From assembly GCA_035685905.1 (NCBI GenBank), contig DASRZY010000280.1, forward strand, positions 1 through 59,007: DNA of 59,007 nucleotides, written 5' to 3'. Position numbers and translations under genes: made by a program. The notes beneath the pieces are model-generated. The model ran no database searches. It had not been told where the DNA came from and saw only the letters and a program-made list of their open reading frames with translations. Shown here piece after piece: positions 19,372 through 27,851 of the stretch (its first letter is position 1; each line of letters starts with the position of its first letter). Source of the stretch: Syntrophales bacterium (lineage in GTDB: Bacteria; Desulfobacterota; Syntrophia; Syntrophales; UBA2192).

Positions 19372-19713
19372 TCAGGGCAGGGCAAACGGGCTTCGCTGAT
19401 CGGATCGGCCCTTCTGTTCTTCGAGCCGCATCAGATTTCTGTCTTCGATCTGCCTCTGTACGTCGTAACGGGTCGATCGCAGGTCCGACAGGTAATTTTC
19501 CCGGCTTTCGCCGGCGGGAGCCGGGGCGCCCTTTTCCACCCGGGCGATCTCGTCCTGAAGAGTGACGGAATAGCGCTGAAGCTCCTCGGTGGACATCGTC
19601 CTGTAGTCCTTCGCCAGGACTCCCTCCGTGTAAACGCGCGACGGGGCGCACCCCGACACAAGGATCAGCAGGATGAAGAAATACAGCATCGTGCTTTCGA
19701 ACAGCTCCTTCAT
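19372..19713 (-). CDS. small lipoprotein, unknown family (paralog B)
   Basis: ATG 19713 preceded by AGGAGG. Lipobox LVSGC. It aligns along its length with paralog A (YxEGxLA..MSxxELQxY..DEIxRV..PAGxSRExYLxDL). Confidence 0.6.
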   Translation of the reverse strand: MKELFESTMLYFFILLILVSGCAPSRVYTEGVLAKDYRTMSTEELQRYSVTLQDEIARVEKGAPAPAGESRENYLSDLRSTRYDVQRQIEDRNLMRLEEQKGRSDQRSPFALP

Positions 19714-19962
19714 GGGTTGCCTCCTTTCGATCAATAGACGATCGTCATCATGAAAAGACAGCTTCAGTATACGTCCATGTCGCCCCGACTTCAATACCGG
19801 AGCGTGATGCCCCCTGATGCCGCATGAACCGATGTATGAGATCGAGAAAATGATTGGCACCCATCCCGAAAAAGTGTAGATTTGAACGTCCGATTACCGT
19901 CGACAGATCCGAGCTCTCCGATCCGAAAGCACGGATTGAACACGCGCCAGGAGGCACCCGAC

Positions 19963-21579
19963 ATGAAGCCGAGAACTTGTCTGATCCTCTCCATTGCGAC
20001 CGCACTGATCCTGGTTGCGCTCACGGGGTACACGGCCCCGCCGACGACCGTTGAACAAGTGCCCCGCCTGACAAAAGAGCAGGTCCGGGACATGCTCGGG
20101 AAACCCGACGTCGTCATCGTGGACATCCGCTTCATCAAGCAGTACGAACAGAGCGACAGGAAACTGCCCGGGGCGGTTTTCGTTCAGCCGGAACAGTTCG
20201 ACGAATTCGTCAAGAATAACCCGAAGGACAAGACCTACGTCCTCTACTGAGCCTGACCTCAGGAGTACACGGCTGCCCGGGGGGCGGTTGAGCTTTACAA
20301 GCGGGGGTACACAAAGGCATACGCCCTGGAGGGCGGGTGGAACGAATGGGTCAAGGCAAACTACCCCACGGAGCCCAAAGAGATTGCCTCTGCGAAGAAC
20401 TGTGTTCTCTGCCACACCGCCACAACTCCGGGGGTGGTCGAAGACTGGAAGTTGAGCAAGCACAGCCAGAAGGGAGTTGACTGCGCCGTCTGTCACAGCG
20501 ACAAGCATTATTCCAAAGAGACCGTGGACAAGGCCGAAGTCCCGGGGCCCGAGCGTTGCGCCTACTGCCACGGCACCCAGGTGAAGCAGTTCAAGGACGG
20601 CAAGCACGCCAAGGCATGGGCCGCGATGAAGGCCATGCCCACCTTCCACATGCAGCCCATGGCCCTGATGGACGGCATGAAGGGGTGCGGAGGCTGCCAC
20701 AAGGTCGGCATCAAGACGGATGAGGAGGTGAAGGAACTCAGAAAACGGGGAGGCCAGTTCGGGGTTGCCTCCTGTGATTCCTGTCACACCCGGCATCTCT
20801 TCTCCAGGAAAGAGGCCCTGCAGCCTCAGGCCTGCCAGACGTGCCACATGGGTATCGACCACGCCCAGTGGGAGATGTACTCCACCTCCAAGCACGGGGT
20901 GCGCTACCTCCTGAAGCAAACTGGCGTCATTCCCGAAAACGCTTCGGCCCCCACCTGCCAGAGCTGCCACATGTCAGGCGGCAATCACGGCGTGCGCACG
21001 GCCTGGGGGTTTTTGGCGGTCCGGCTTCCAATGCCCGAGGACAAGAAGTGGGCCGCGGACCGGACGACAATCCTCAAGGGCCTGGGGGCCCTGGACCCCG
21101 CAGGAAAAGAAACGGCCCGCTTCGGCGTACTCAAAGACCTCGACGTCTTCCGGACGACCCAGGAAGAATGGCAGAAAGAGCGCGACCGGATGTTCGCCAA
21201 CTGCCGCCAGTGCCACTCGCCCGAGTTTGCCCAGGGCGAGCTCGAAAAGAGCGACGGCATGGTCCGCGAGTCGGACCGGCTGCTGGCCGAGGCCACCGAG
21301 ATCGTGGCAGGCCTGTACCGGGACAAGATCATCACAAAGTCGCCGTATTACGCATACCCCTACCCTGACCTGCTCTCCTTCCACGACGCGCCGACGGCAA
21401 TCGAGCAGAAACTCTACCTCATGTTCCTGGAGCACCGGATGCGGACCTTCCAGGGTGCCTTCCATTCCAACCCGGACTACGCCCTCTGGTATGGCTGGAG
21501 CAAGATGGTCTCGGACATCACGGAAATCCGGAAAACGGCGGCGGACCTTCGGAAAGAAAAAAATGGGAAACGACGATAA
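19963..21579 (+). CDS. exported rhodanese-domain / octahaem c-type cytochrome fusion, putative selenoprotein with two in-frame TGA codons (20248-20250, 20254-20256)
   Basis: - Track ORFs 19882..20250 and 20434..21579 share one frame and are separated only by two TGAs.
- The gap translates to the conserved C-terminal half of the rhodanese domain plus an eighth CxxCH (CVLCH).
- Signal peptide MKPRTCLILSIATALILVALTG; CAGGAGG RBS before ATG 19963.
- 8 CxxCH motifs in total. Confidence 0.65.
20272..20288 (+). other. candidate SECIS-like stem-loop downstream of the tandem TGAs
   Basis: GCTGCCC-ggg-GGGCGGT (7 pairs including 2 G-U). It starts 15 nt after the second TGA and 21 nt after the first. 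Confidence 0.35.
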
Positions 21580-21597
21580 ATGCGGGGAGGGCATTTT

Positions 21598-21921
21598 ATG
21601 GGATTCGTGAAGAGCATCGGTCATCGCATTCAGTTCGCCCTGGTTTGTGCCCTGCTGCCGGCCGGCCTGCTCATGATGAGCGGATGCCATCAAAACATCT
21701 ATTTCTGCGATAACGGAAAGACCATCGAGGCACGATACCAGATGGGCGGCGAGAGGGTTGTGATCGACGTGGACGATGGGGCCTTCACCCTTCCCAAGAT
21801 TCCCTCGGACACCGGGGCCAAGTACGGCGACGCAAACAGGTCCTTCTGGTTCAAGGGGGATGAGCTCATCGTCGAGACAGCGGGAAAATTCCCTTACGGC
21901 CGCTGCGCTCTGCCGAAATGA
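21598..21921 (+). CDS. MliC-family (lysozyme-inhibitor-like fold) lipoprotein
   Basis: Lipobox LMMSGC. The pattern Y.CDNGK...SDTGAKYGD...FWFKGDEL......C matches the MliC domain. It starts 19 nt after the cytochrome stop. Confidence 0.65.
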   Translation: MGFVKSIGHRIQFALVCALLPAGLLMMSGCHQNIYFCDNGKTIEARYQMGGERVVIDVDDGAFTLPKIPSDTGAKYGDANRSFWFKGDELIVETAGKFPYGRCALPK

Positions 21922-21950
21922 ACCGGAAGAGCCCCTCTGAAATCATCTCC

Positions 21951-21988
21951 GAGAGAGGCGCTCCGCACGTGCGGGGCGCCTCTCTTTT
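21951..21988 (+). terminator. intrinsic terminator after the cytochrome-MliC operon
   Basis: Near-perfect palindrome of about 32 nt, GAGAGAGGCGCTCCGCAC/GTGCGGGGCGCCTCTC, followed by TTTT. Confidence 0.75.
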
Positions 21989-22115
21989 GGCCTGGCCGGG
22001 CCCCTTGCACAGCCGTGCAGTCAGTGACTTTCCGCTTGTTGATCTCCCCTGAAAAAACTGCTGGACGAACACCCCGATTAGCGGTATGGGGAAGCGGCTT
22101 TTGGAGGCATGTTGA

Positions 22116-24236
22116 ATGGCACAGGAACAGCAGGCAGATCGGGAAACCCATCGGATCGCCATGGTTGTCCTCACGGGCATGGTTTTCGTGGGGGCCATTT
22201 TGCTCTTCGGGCTCGAGCCGCTGGCCGGGCGGTTACTGACACCCTACTTCGGCGGGGCTGCCCATGTCTGGCTTACCTGCCTGATGTTTTTCCAGGCGGT
22301 TCTCTTCATCGGGTACCTTTACGCCCACCTCTTCGCCAGGAAGCTCGGCGTGTGGCACATGGCCATCCTCGCCCTGCCCCTGATCAATCTGCCTCTGCAG
22401 CTCCACGCACAGCCTGATCCGCACGCCCCCCTGCTGCATCTTCTCTCCGTGCTCTCCCTGTACGTGGCCATGCCGTTCGCCGTACTGTCGACAACGGCCG
22501 TTGTCGCTCAGGCGTGGTTGACGCACTCGCGGGTGGGGCAGCACCACGATCCCTATCCGCTCTACGCGGCCTCCAACGCGGGCTCGCTCATTGCGCTCCT
22601 GGGCTACACCTTTATTGCCGAGCCTCTCATGGGGGTGAAGCTGCAGAGCGTTGCCTGGAGCCTGACCTACGTCCTTTACGTTGCCCTCGTCGTGGCTTCG
22701 TGGTACCTCCTGCGCCCCCGTCTCGGGTCTGCAGCGGCGCGCGGGCCGGAGCAGATCGACGTCGCGGCAACGACAATCGGCCGGACCGATTACGGCAGGT
22801 GGCTGTTGCTCTCCTGCCTCCCTTCGGCATTCCTGCTTGCCGTTACGAACTACATCGCCCTCGAAGTCGGTTCTTTTCCGCTCACGTGGATCCTCCCGCT
22901 TGCCCTGTACCTGGGCAGCTTCATCGTCACGTTCCGGACAGGGGGCGGCGTGCCCCGGGTGATAAAAAACCTGTGGCCGGAGATCCTGCTTGCCGGGATG
23001 CTCGTGTACCTGCTGGGGCCGGTGCACTGGCTTGCCATCCTCGGGCACCTCGCGGTCTTTTTCCTGATCTGCCTGGTATCCCACGGGACACTCTACGAAC
23101 TTCGCCCCCCGGCTTCGCACCTGACGAACTTCTATCTCTCGTCTGCCCTGGGCGGTTGGATCGGGGGCGCCCTCATCAGCCTGGGCGCGCCTTTCGTCTT
23201 CCCGGCCCTGTTCGAGTACCCGATCATCGTCGTGCTCTTCGCCCCCACGCTCTGGTGGTGCCGCGGGAAGCCCTTTACGAGCCTGCGCACCAGCCTCTCG
23301 TATGTGGCCGTCGTGGCCCGTGCCGTGGTCGTTGCCTTCCTTGTCTTCCTCATTGTGAAGGAGGGATGGGAGACCATGAAGGAGCCCGTGCGTTTCCGCC
23401 ACCGGAACTTCTACGGCACCTATACGATCTGGGACGTTCAAAAATACCCTGCGGACGTGCGTCAGCTCCTTCACGGACGCACCATCCACGGCGCCCAGAT
23501 CCTCGATGAGGATCAGCGCATGGAACCCATCATGTATTATTTCATCGGCGGCGGGATCTCCGATGTATACGAGACGACCCCGCCCGTCCGCAGGATGGCC
23601 GTGCTGGGGCTCGGGGCAGGCGCCGCGGCGGCCTATGTCAAGCCGGGCGAGTCCATGACCTACTACGAGATCGATCCGGACAACGAGCAGATCGCCAGGC
23701 ACTGGTTCAGCTATCTGAATGACTGCCCGGGGGATGTCCGGGTGATCGTGGGGGACGGCAGGCTGTCCTTGCAGAAGATCGGCCGCGACGAGCCGCCTTA
23801 CGACATCATCCACATGGATGCCTTCACGGGTGACGGCATCCCGACCCACCTGCTGACCCGGGAGGCCATCGAGATCTACCTCGAGCGCCTCGACGACGAC
23901 GGGGTCATCCTGTTTCACGTGTCAAACCGCTACTACGAGCTGCGGCCCGTTCTCAAGGCGGTGGCCCAACAGATGGGGCTTGCGGGCACAATCAATGTGC
24001 CCACGCCGAAAACCCAGCTGAAGGCCAATCAGAGCGCGACATGGTGTGTGGCCCTTTCGAGGAACCCGGAGCGGCTGAAGAAGCTTGTTGAACGAGGCTG
24101 GATCCCCTTCGGTCCAGGCGACGGGCTGAGAACGGCGACACCCTGGACGGACGACTACATCAATATCCTCTGGCCGCTCTGGGAGAGCATGAACGAGCGA
24201 TGGGCGAGCTTCCGGTTTTCGGACTGGTGGAAATGA
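22116..24236 (+). CDS. polytopic membrane protein fused to spermidine-synthase-like methyltransferase-fold domain
   Basis: The N-terminal roughly 400 aa are multi-TM. The C-terminal domain has LGLGAGAAAAY, YYEIDPD and DIIHMDAFTGDGIP, typical of spermidine synthase-like proteins. Confidence 0.75.
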   Translation: MAQEQQADRETHRIAMVVLTGMVFVGAILLFGLEPLAGRLLTPYFGGAAHVWLTCLMFFQAVLFIGYLYAHLFARKLGVWHMAILALPLINLPLQLHAQPDPHAPLLHLLSVLSLYVAMPFAVLSTTAVVAQAWLTHSRVGQHHDPYPLYAASNAGSLIALLGYTFIAEPLMGVKLQSVAWSLTYVLYVALVVASWYLLRPRLGSAAARGPEQIDVAATTIGRTDYGRWLLLSCLPSAFLLAVTNYIALEVGSFPLTWILPLALYLGSFIVTFRTGGGVPRVIKNLWPEILLAGMLVYLLGPVHWLAILGHLAVFFLICLVSHGTLYELRPPASHLTNFYLSSALGGWIGGALISLGAPFVFPALFEYPIIVVLFAPTLWWCRGKPFTSLRTSLSYVAVVARAVVVAFLVFLIVKEGWETMKEPVRFRHRNFYGTYTIWDVQKYPADVRQLLHGRTIHGAQILDEDQRMEPIMYYFIGGGISDVYETTPPVRRMAVLGLGAGAAAAYVKPGESMTYYEIDPDNEQIARHWFSYLNDCPGDVRVIVGDGRLSLQKIGRDEPPYDIIHMDAFTGDGIPTHLLTREAIEIYLERLDDDGVILFHVSNRYYELRPVLKAVAQQMGLAGTINVPTPKTQLKANQSATWCVALSRNPERLKKLVERGWIPFGPGDGLRTATPWTDDYINILWPLWESMNERWASFRFSDWWK

Positions 24237-24243
24237 CAGGAAT

Positions 24244-24275
24244 CAGTGTCTGAGTGTTTGGGTGCCTGAGTGAAG
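24244..24275. repeat. left arm of imperfect inverted repeat (7-8-nt stutter CTGAGTG)
   Basis: CAGTGTCTGAGTGTTTGGGTGCCTGAGTGAAG. By hand count, 25 of 32 positions are complementary to 24391-24422. Confidence 0.75.
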
Positions 24276-24322
24276 AGGTGAAGATCGGAAAAATACAAGC
24301 CGCGGCAAAAGACTCAAAAAAA

Positions 24323-24357
24323 CCCCCGACATTCCGATACCGGAAGCGGGGGTTTTT
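24323..24357 (+). terminator. intrinsic terminator inside inverted-repeat element
   Basis: CCCCCG-acattccgataccggaag-CGGGGG followed by TTTTT, flanked by extended GGCAAAAG/CTTTTGCC pairing. Confidence 0.6.
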
Positions 24358-24390
24358 CTTTTGCCGTATCCCCGAATGTCGGGCGTTTTT

Positions 24391-24422
24391 CTTCACTCAG
24401 ACACTTAGACACTCAAGCACTC
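24391..24422. repeat. right arm of imperfect inverted repeat
   Basis: CTTCACTCAGACACTTAGACACTCAAGCACTC. Confidence 0.75.
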
Positions 24423-24458
24423 AGGCAGTTCTACCTCAGGCTCTCCGGGTCTGCCGGA

Positions 24459-25082
24459 TCAGACGCCCGGCAGCCGCGAGCGGTTCCGCTCGTATTCCTC
24501 CATGACCTTCTTCGTGTACCACGTCTTCGGCTCGCTGTTTCTCTGCATGTTCTGCCTGGCGCGCGTGTAACCCACATTGTAGGCATAAAGGACTGCGTAG
24601 TGGTTGTCATAGTAACGGCTCAGCCAGGAGAGGTAGTAGACGCCGAAGCGCACATTCGTGTGGGGGTCGTGCAGCACGTCGGGCTCGTAGGGAATTCCCA
24701 CCTCCTGCGAAAACGTGCGAGCCACGACGGGCATGACCTGCATGATCCCGATGGCCCCGGAATCGGACACGACATTCTGGCGGAAGTTGCTCTCGGCATC
24801 CATGACGGCCAGCACGAGACGGTAATCGACAGAGTAACGCCGCGAGGCATCGTACATGGTTCTCGCCACCTCGCGAAGCTCCTCGTCGGGGATGAGGGCG
24901 TTCTTTTCCGCGAGATGACCGGCAATCATCTCCACGGCATGTTCCTGCTGCCAGTCGATTTCAGATCCGAAGTTGATTTCCTGTTCGAAACTGACAAGGG
25001 TCTCGTCGGAAAAATTGAGACTTGTCAGCGAGATAACCCCGATGATCATCCCGAGGAGAGCGAGGAATTTCATAGCTCTCAT
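24459..25082 (-). CDS. lytic transglycosylase (SLT domain)
   Basis: Catalytic region MDAESNFRQN, GIMQVMP and YAYNVGYTRA. N-terminal TM/signal sequence MRAMKFLALLGMIIGVISL. Confidence 0.85.
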   Translation of the reverse strand: MRAMKFLALLGMIIGVISLTSLNFSDETLVSFEQEINFGSEIDWQQEHAVEMIAGHLAEKNALIPDEELREVARTMYDASRRYSVDYRLVLAVMDAESNFRQNVVSDSGAIGIMQVMPVVARTFSQEVGIPYEPDVLHDPHTNVRFGVYYLSWLSRYYDNHYAVLYAYNVGYTRARQNMQRNSEPKTWYTKKVMEEYERNRSRLPGV

Positions 25083-25463
25083 GTCTTTCACCCTTCTTTC
25101 TCCTGTCCGATCCCCCATCCGGCTAGTCCTGTGGCACGGCTTTTTTCACGTGAGTTTTCGCTGGGGAGTATGAGCGGGATCAGGCGACCGGAAGGTCAGG
25201 TTGGTTAAAGACGACTACATGCACCCGCTGCAACATTATTTTTGCAAATGTTACAAATCAATGGCGGCGATTGCAAGTAAAAAATGACCGTTATCTTTTA
25301 TTGCTCAATGATAACAAGAGCATAAAACAAATAAACGGGGTTCCCCGCCCGCTGGTGTAAATAAATCTTGATTTTTCCCATTTTTTCTCCCCGAACTTCC
25401 CTTCCCTCCGTCCCCTGTTGTGCTCTTCCACCTGTCTTTTGCCCGGTTTCCTGCCGCGGTCAA

Positions 25464-25513
25464 GTGAAGCTCCCCGCCCGCAGGGCGGGGCTTGCGGGAC
25501 GCGCCCCCGGTCA
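25464..25513 (+). repeat. structured dispersed repeat, copy 1
   Basis: GTGAAGC..GGCGGGGCTTGCGGGACGCGCCCCCGGTCA. The 30-nt core is identical to 46409-46438. It contains the CCCCGCCC/GGGCGGGG hairpin. Confidence 0.8.
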
Positions 25514-25653
25514 TGCAACCCCTCGACATCGCCTGCCTGCCGCCATTTCCATTCTTGCCATCGATCTGCTTTTCAGCTATTTTTACTCCTCAGGCGGCTG
25601 AATCCACAGCGGCATCCTGCCGAATGACTGCGAGGTCGCGAAGGAGAGAGTTC

Positions 25654-27087
25654 ATGCAGAATCTGTTTTTCACTGGAGCCCGGGCATTGAGGCTCCCGGC
25701 CTTTCTGGGAGTCATCGTGCTCGCACTCCTGCTGCCGTGTGCTGCTTCGGCCCAGAAGGCAGGCCCCCCGGACCTCAGCACCGCCATCATCCGGGTCGCC
25801 AAGGAGAGTATCCCCGCTGTCGTTCACATCGAAGTGACCCGAAGCCAGGAAGTCGGCCGGCCGCAGACGCCTTTTGAGGGGGACCCCTTCTTTCGCTTCT
25901 TCCAGGAACCGCAGCGCGCACCCCGCAAGTTCAAACGCGAGATGCGGGGGCTCGGTACGGGGATGATCATAGACGCCCAGGGATTCATCCTGACCAACAA
26001 TCACGTCGTGGGAGGGGCCTCCAAAGTCCAGGTGCTTCTTGCCGACGGCTCCCAGTACGCTGCACGCGTCGTGGGAACGGACCCCAAAACGGATCTGGCC
26101 GTCGTGAAGATCGATGCCAAGAGAGCGCTTCCTCACATGAAGTTCGGGAACTCGGACGCCGTCGAGGTGGGCGAGTGGGTCGTCGCGATCGGTCACCCCC
26201 GCGGTCTCGACGAGACCGTGACGACGGGCATCATCAGCGCCAAGCACCGTCGGGGGATTACCGACCCGTCGGGCTACCAGGATTTCCTCCAGACCGATGC
26301 GGCCATCAATCCCGGCAACAGCGGTGGACCGCTGCTGAACCTGCGGGGCGAGGTTGTCGGCGTGAATGCCGCCATTGCCTCCACCTCGGGCGGGTTCGAG
26401 GGCATCGGCTTTGCAATTCCCAGCAACATGGCCGCCTACATTTCCCGTGAACTTATCGCAAAGGGAAAGGTGGAGCGAGGCTGGCTCGGCGTGTCTGTCC
26501 AGGACCTCAGTTACGACTTGTCGAAGACGATGGGCATCGAGGGGACCCGGGGCGCTCTGGTGTCCGAGGTCATCAAGGGCAGCCCGGCGGAGAAGGCGGG
26601 CCTGAAGCAGGGTGATGTCGTCGTCGCATACAACGGCAAGGCGATCAACGACGCCTCTCAGCTTCGCAACGAGGCCGCATCCACCGCTATCGGCAAAGCA
26701 GCGACGGTGACCATTGTCCGCGAAGGAAAGAAGCGAGAGATCCCCGTTCGAATCGAGTCCATGCAGGCCCTTCACCAGACCGCCACGGCCCCGATCCGCG
26801 AGCGTCTGGGCATCACGGTGCGCATCCCCACGGCAAAAGAGGCAAGCCGTCTGAAGCTCAAGTCAGGCCAGGGAGTGATCATAACCCGCGTGGAGAACGG
26901 AAGCCCCGGCGCCAAGGCCGGCCTCGAGCCCGGGGATGTGATCCTGGAAGTCAATGAAATGGCCGTGACCGGCCCGCAGGACATATCGGGAGCCCTGGCG
27001 CTTGTGAAACAGGGCCAGTATATTCTGGCGATGGTCGTGGATGGACGAACGGCCGACAGGGGCTCTCTGCAGATCCAGGTTCGATAG
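25654..27087 (+). CDS. htrA: periplasmic serine endoprotease DegP/DegQ/HtrA (two PDZ domains)
   Basis: Signal peptide. Catalytic motifs TNNHVV, DLAVVK and GNSGGPL. Two PDZ-like regions. RBS AAGGAGAGAG before ATG 25654. Confidence 0.9.
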   Translation: MQNLFFTGARALRLPAFLGVIVLALLLPCAASAQKAGPPDLSTAIIRVAKESIPAVVHIEVTRSQEVGRPQTPFEGDPFFRFFQEPQRAPRKFKREMRGLGTGMIIDAQGFILTNNHVVGGASKVQVLLADGSQYAARVVGTDPKTDLAVVKIDAKRALPHMKFGNSDAVEVGEWVVAIGHPRGLDETVTTGIISAKHRRGITDPSGYQDFLQTDAAINPGNSGGPLLNLRGEVVGVNAAIASTSGGFEGIGFAIPSNMAAYISRELIAKGKVERGWLGVSVQDLSYDLSKTMGIEGTRGALVSEVIKGSPAEKAGLKQGDVVVAYNGKAINDASQLRNEAASTAIGKAATVTIVREGKKREIPVRIESMQALHQTATAPIRERLGITVRIPTAKEASRLKLKSGQGVIITRVENGSPGAKAGLEPGDVILEVNEMAVTGPQDISGALALVKQGQYILAMVVDGRTADRGSLQIQVR

Positions 27088-27266
27088 GGCACCCTTCCCA
27101 GGCACTTCGAATTGTTTTACCGACGCAGGAAACGAACGGGATCGGGGGCCATCGATGCGGGTCAGGGCGATCGATCAACAGGAGTTTTTCTTTCTCGCGT
27201 TTTTTTCTGTTATAGTGAGACAGGACAAGCACCCCATTTCTTCGAACACGACGGACGGGGAGTGAC

Positions 27267-27830
27267 GTGCACATGGGAACGAGACGGGCTCAGACAGCGG
27301 TCAGGGTAGCGGCAGTGATGGTTCTGCTCACCGCCTTCTTCTCGGCATGTTCCACACCCGAATCCGGCCAGTCCGATGCCATCCTGTCCTTCAAGAAGGA
27401 AGTGAAAGAGACCACGGATACCCTGGTTCCCCTTTTGATCGAACCCGTCACCAAACGGGATCCGCACGCGGTCAAGCTCATCCTCGAAAGGGAATGCGCC
27501 CTGGCCAGGGAAAACGGCCGGCCCTTCGCATGCGGGATCACCGTCCTGGATCTTCACGGAATCACGCTCGGATCTGTCACTCCCAGCGATGCGATCCGGC
27601 GCCTGAATTACTCGCGACACGAAGCCGTCACGCAAGCCCTGAAGGACAGAAAGATCGTTACGGCGAAGCTGTACCTGCAGGACGGGACGACCCTCGACGT
27701 TGTCGGCATTCCCCTTGCAGGCAATGGAAAGGCGCAGGGTCTCCTGGTGCTCACGTTCGATGCCGGGGAGCTGAAGAGCAGGATCGGCATCTCCGAAAAG
27801 GAATTTCTGAAACTCGACCTGAACCGTTGA
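27267..27830 (+). CDS. hypothetical lipoprotein
   Basis: Lipobox FFSAC. Immediately upstream of the Mla-like operon. I recognise no family confidently. Confidence 0.5.
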   Translation: MHMGTRRAQTAVRVAAVMVLLTAFFSACSTPESGQSDAILSFKKEVKETTDTLVPLLIEPVTKRDPHAVKLILERECALARENGRPFACGITVLDLHGITLGSVTPSDAIRRLNYSRHEAVTQALKDRKIVTAKLYLQDGTTLDVVGIPLAGNGKAQGLLVLTFDAGELKSRIGISEKEFLKLDLNR

Positions 27831-27851
27831 CAGGCGCCTCAGGCATCGTCC

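Noticed and set aside
25255-25280. Sigma-54 promoter-like TGGCGGCGATTGCA in the SLT/degP divergent region.
   Set aside because: The GG-to-GC spacing is 2 nt shorter than the TGGCAC-N5-TTGC consensus.
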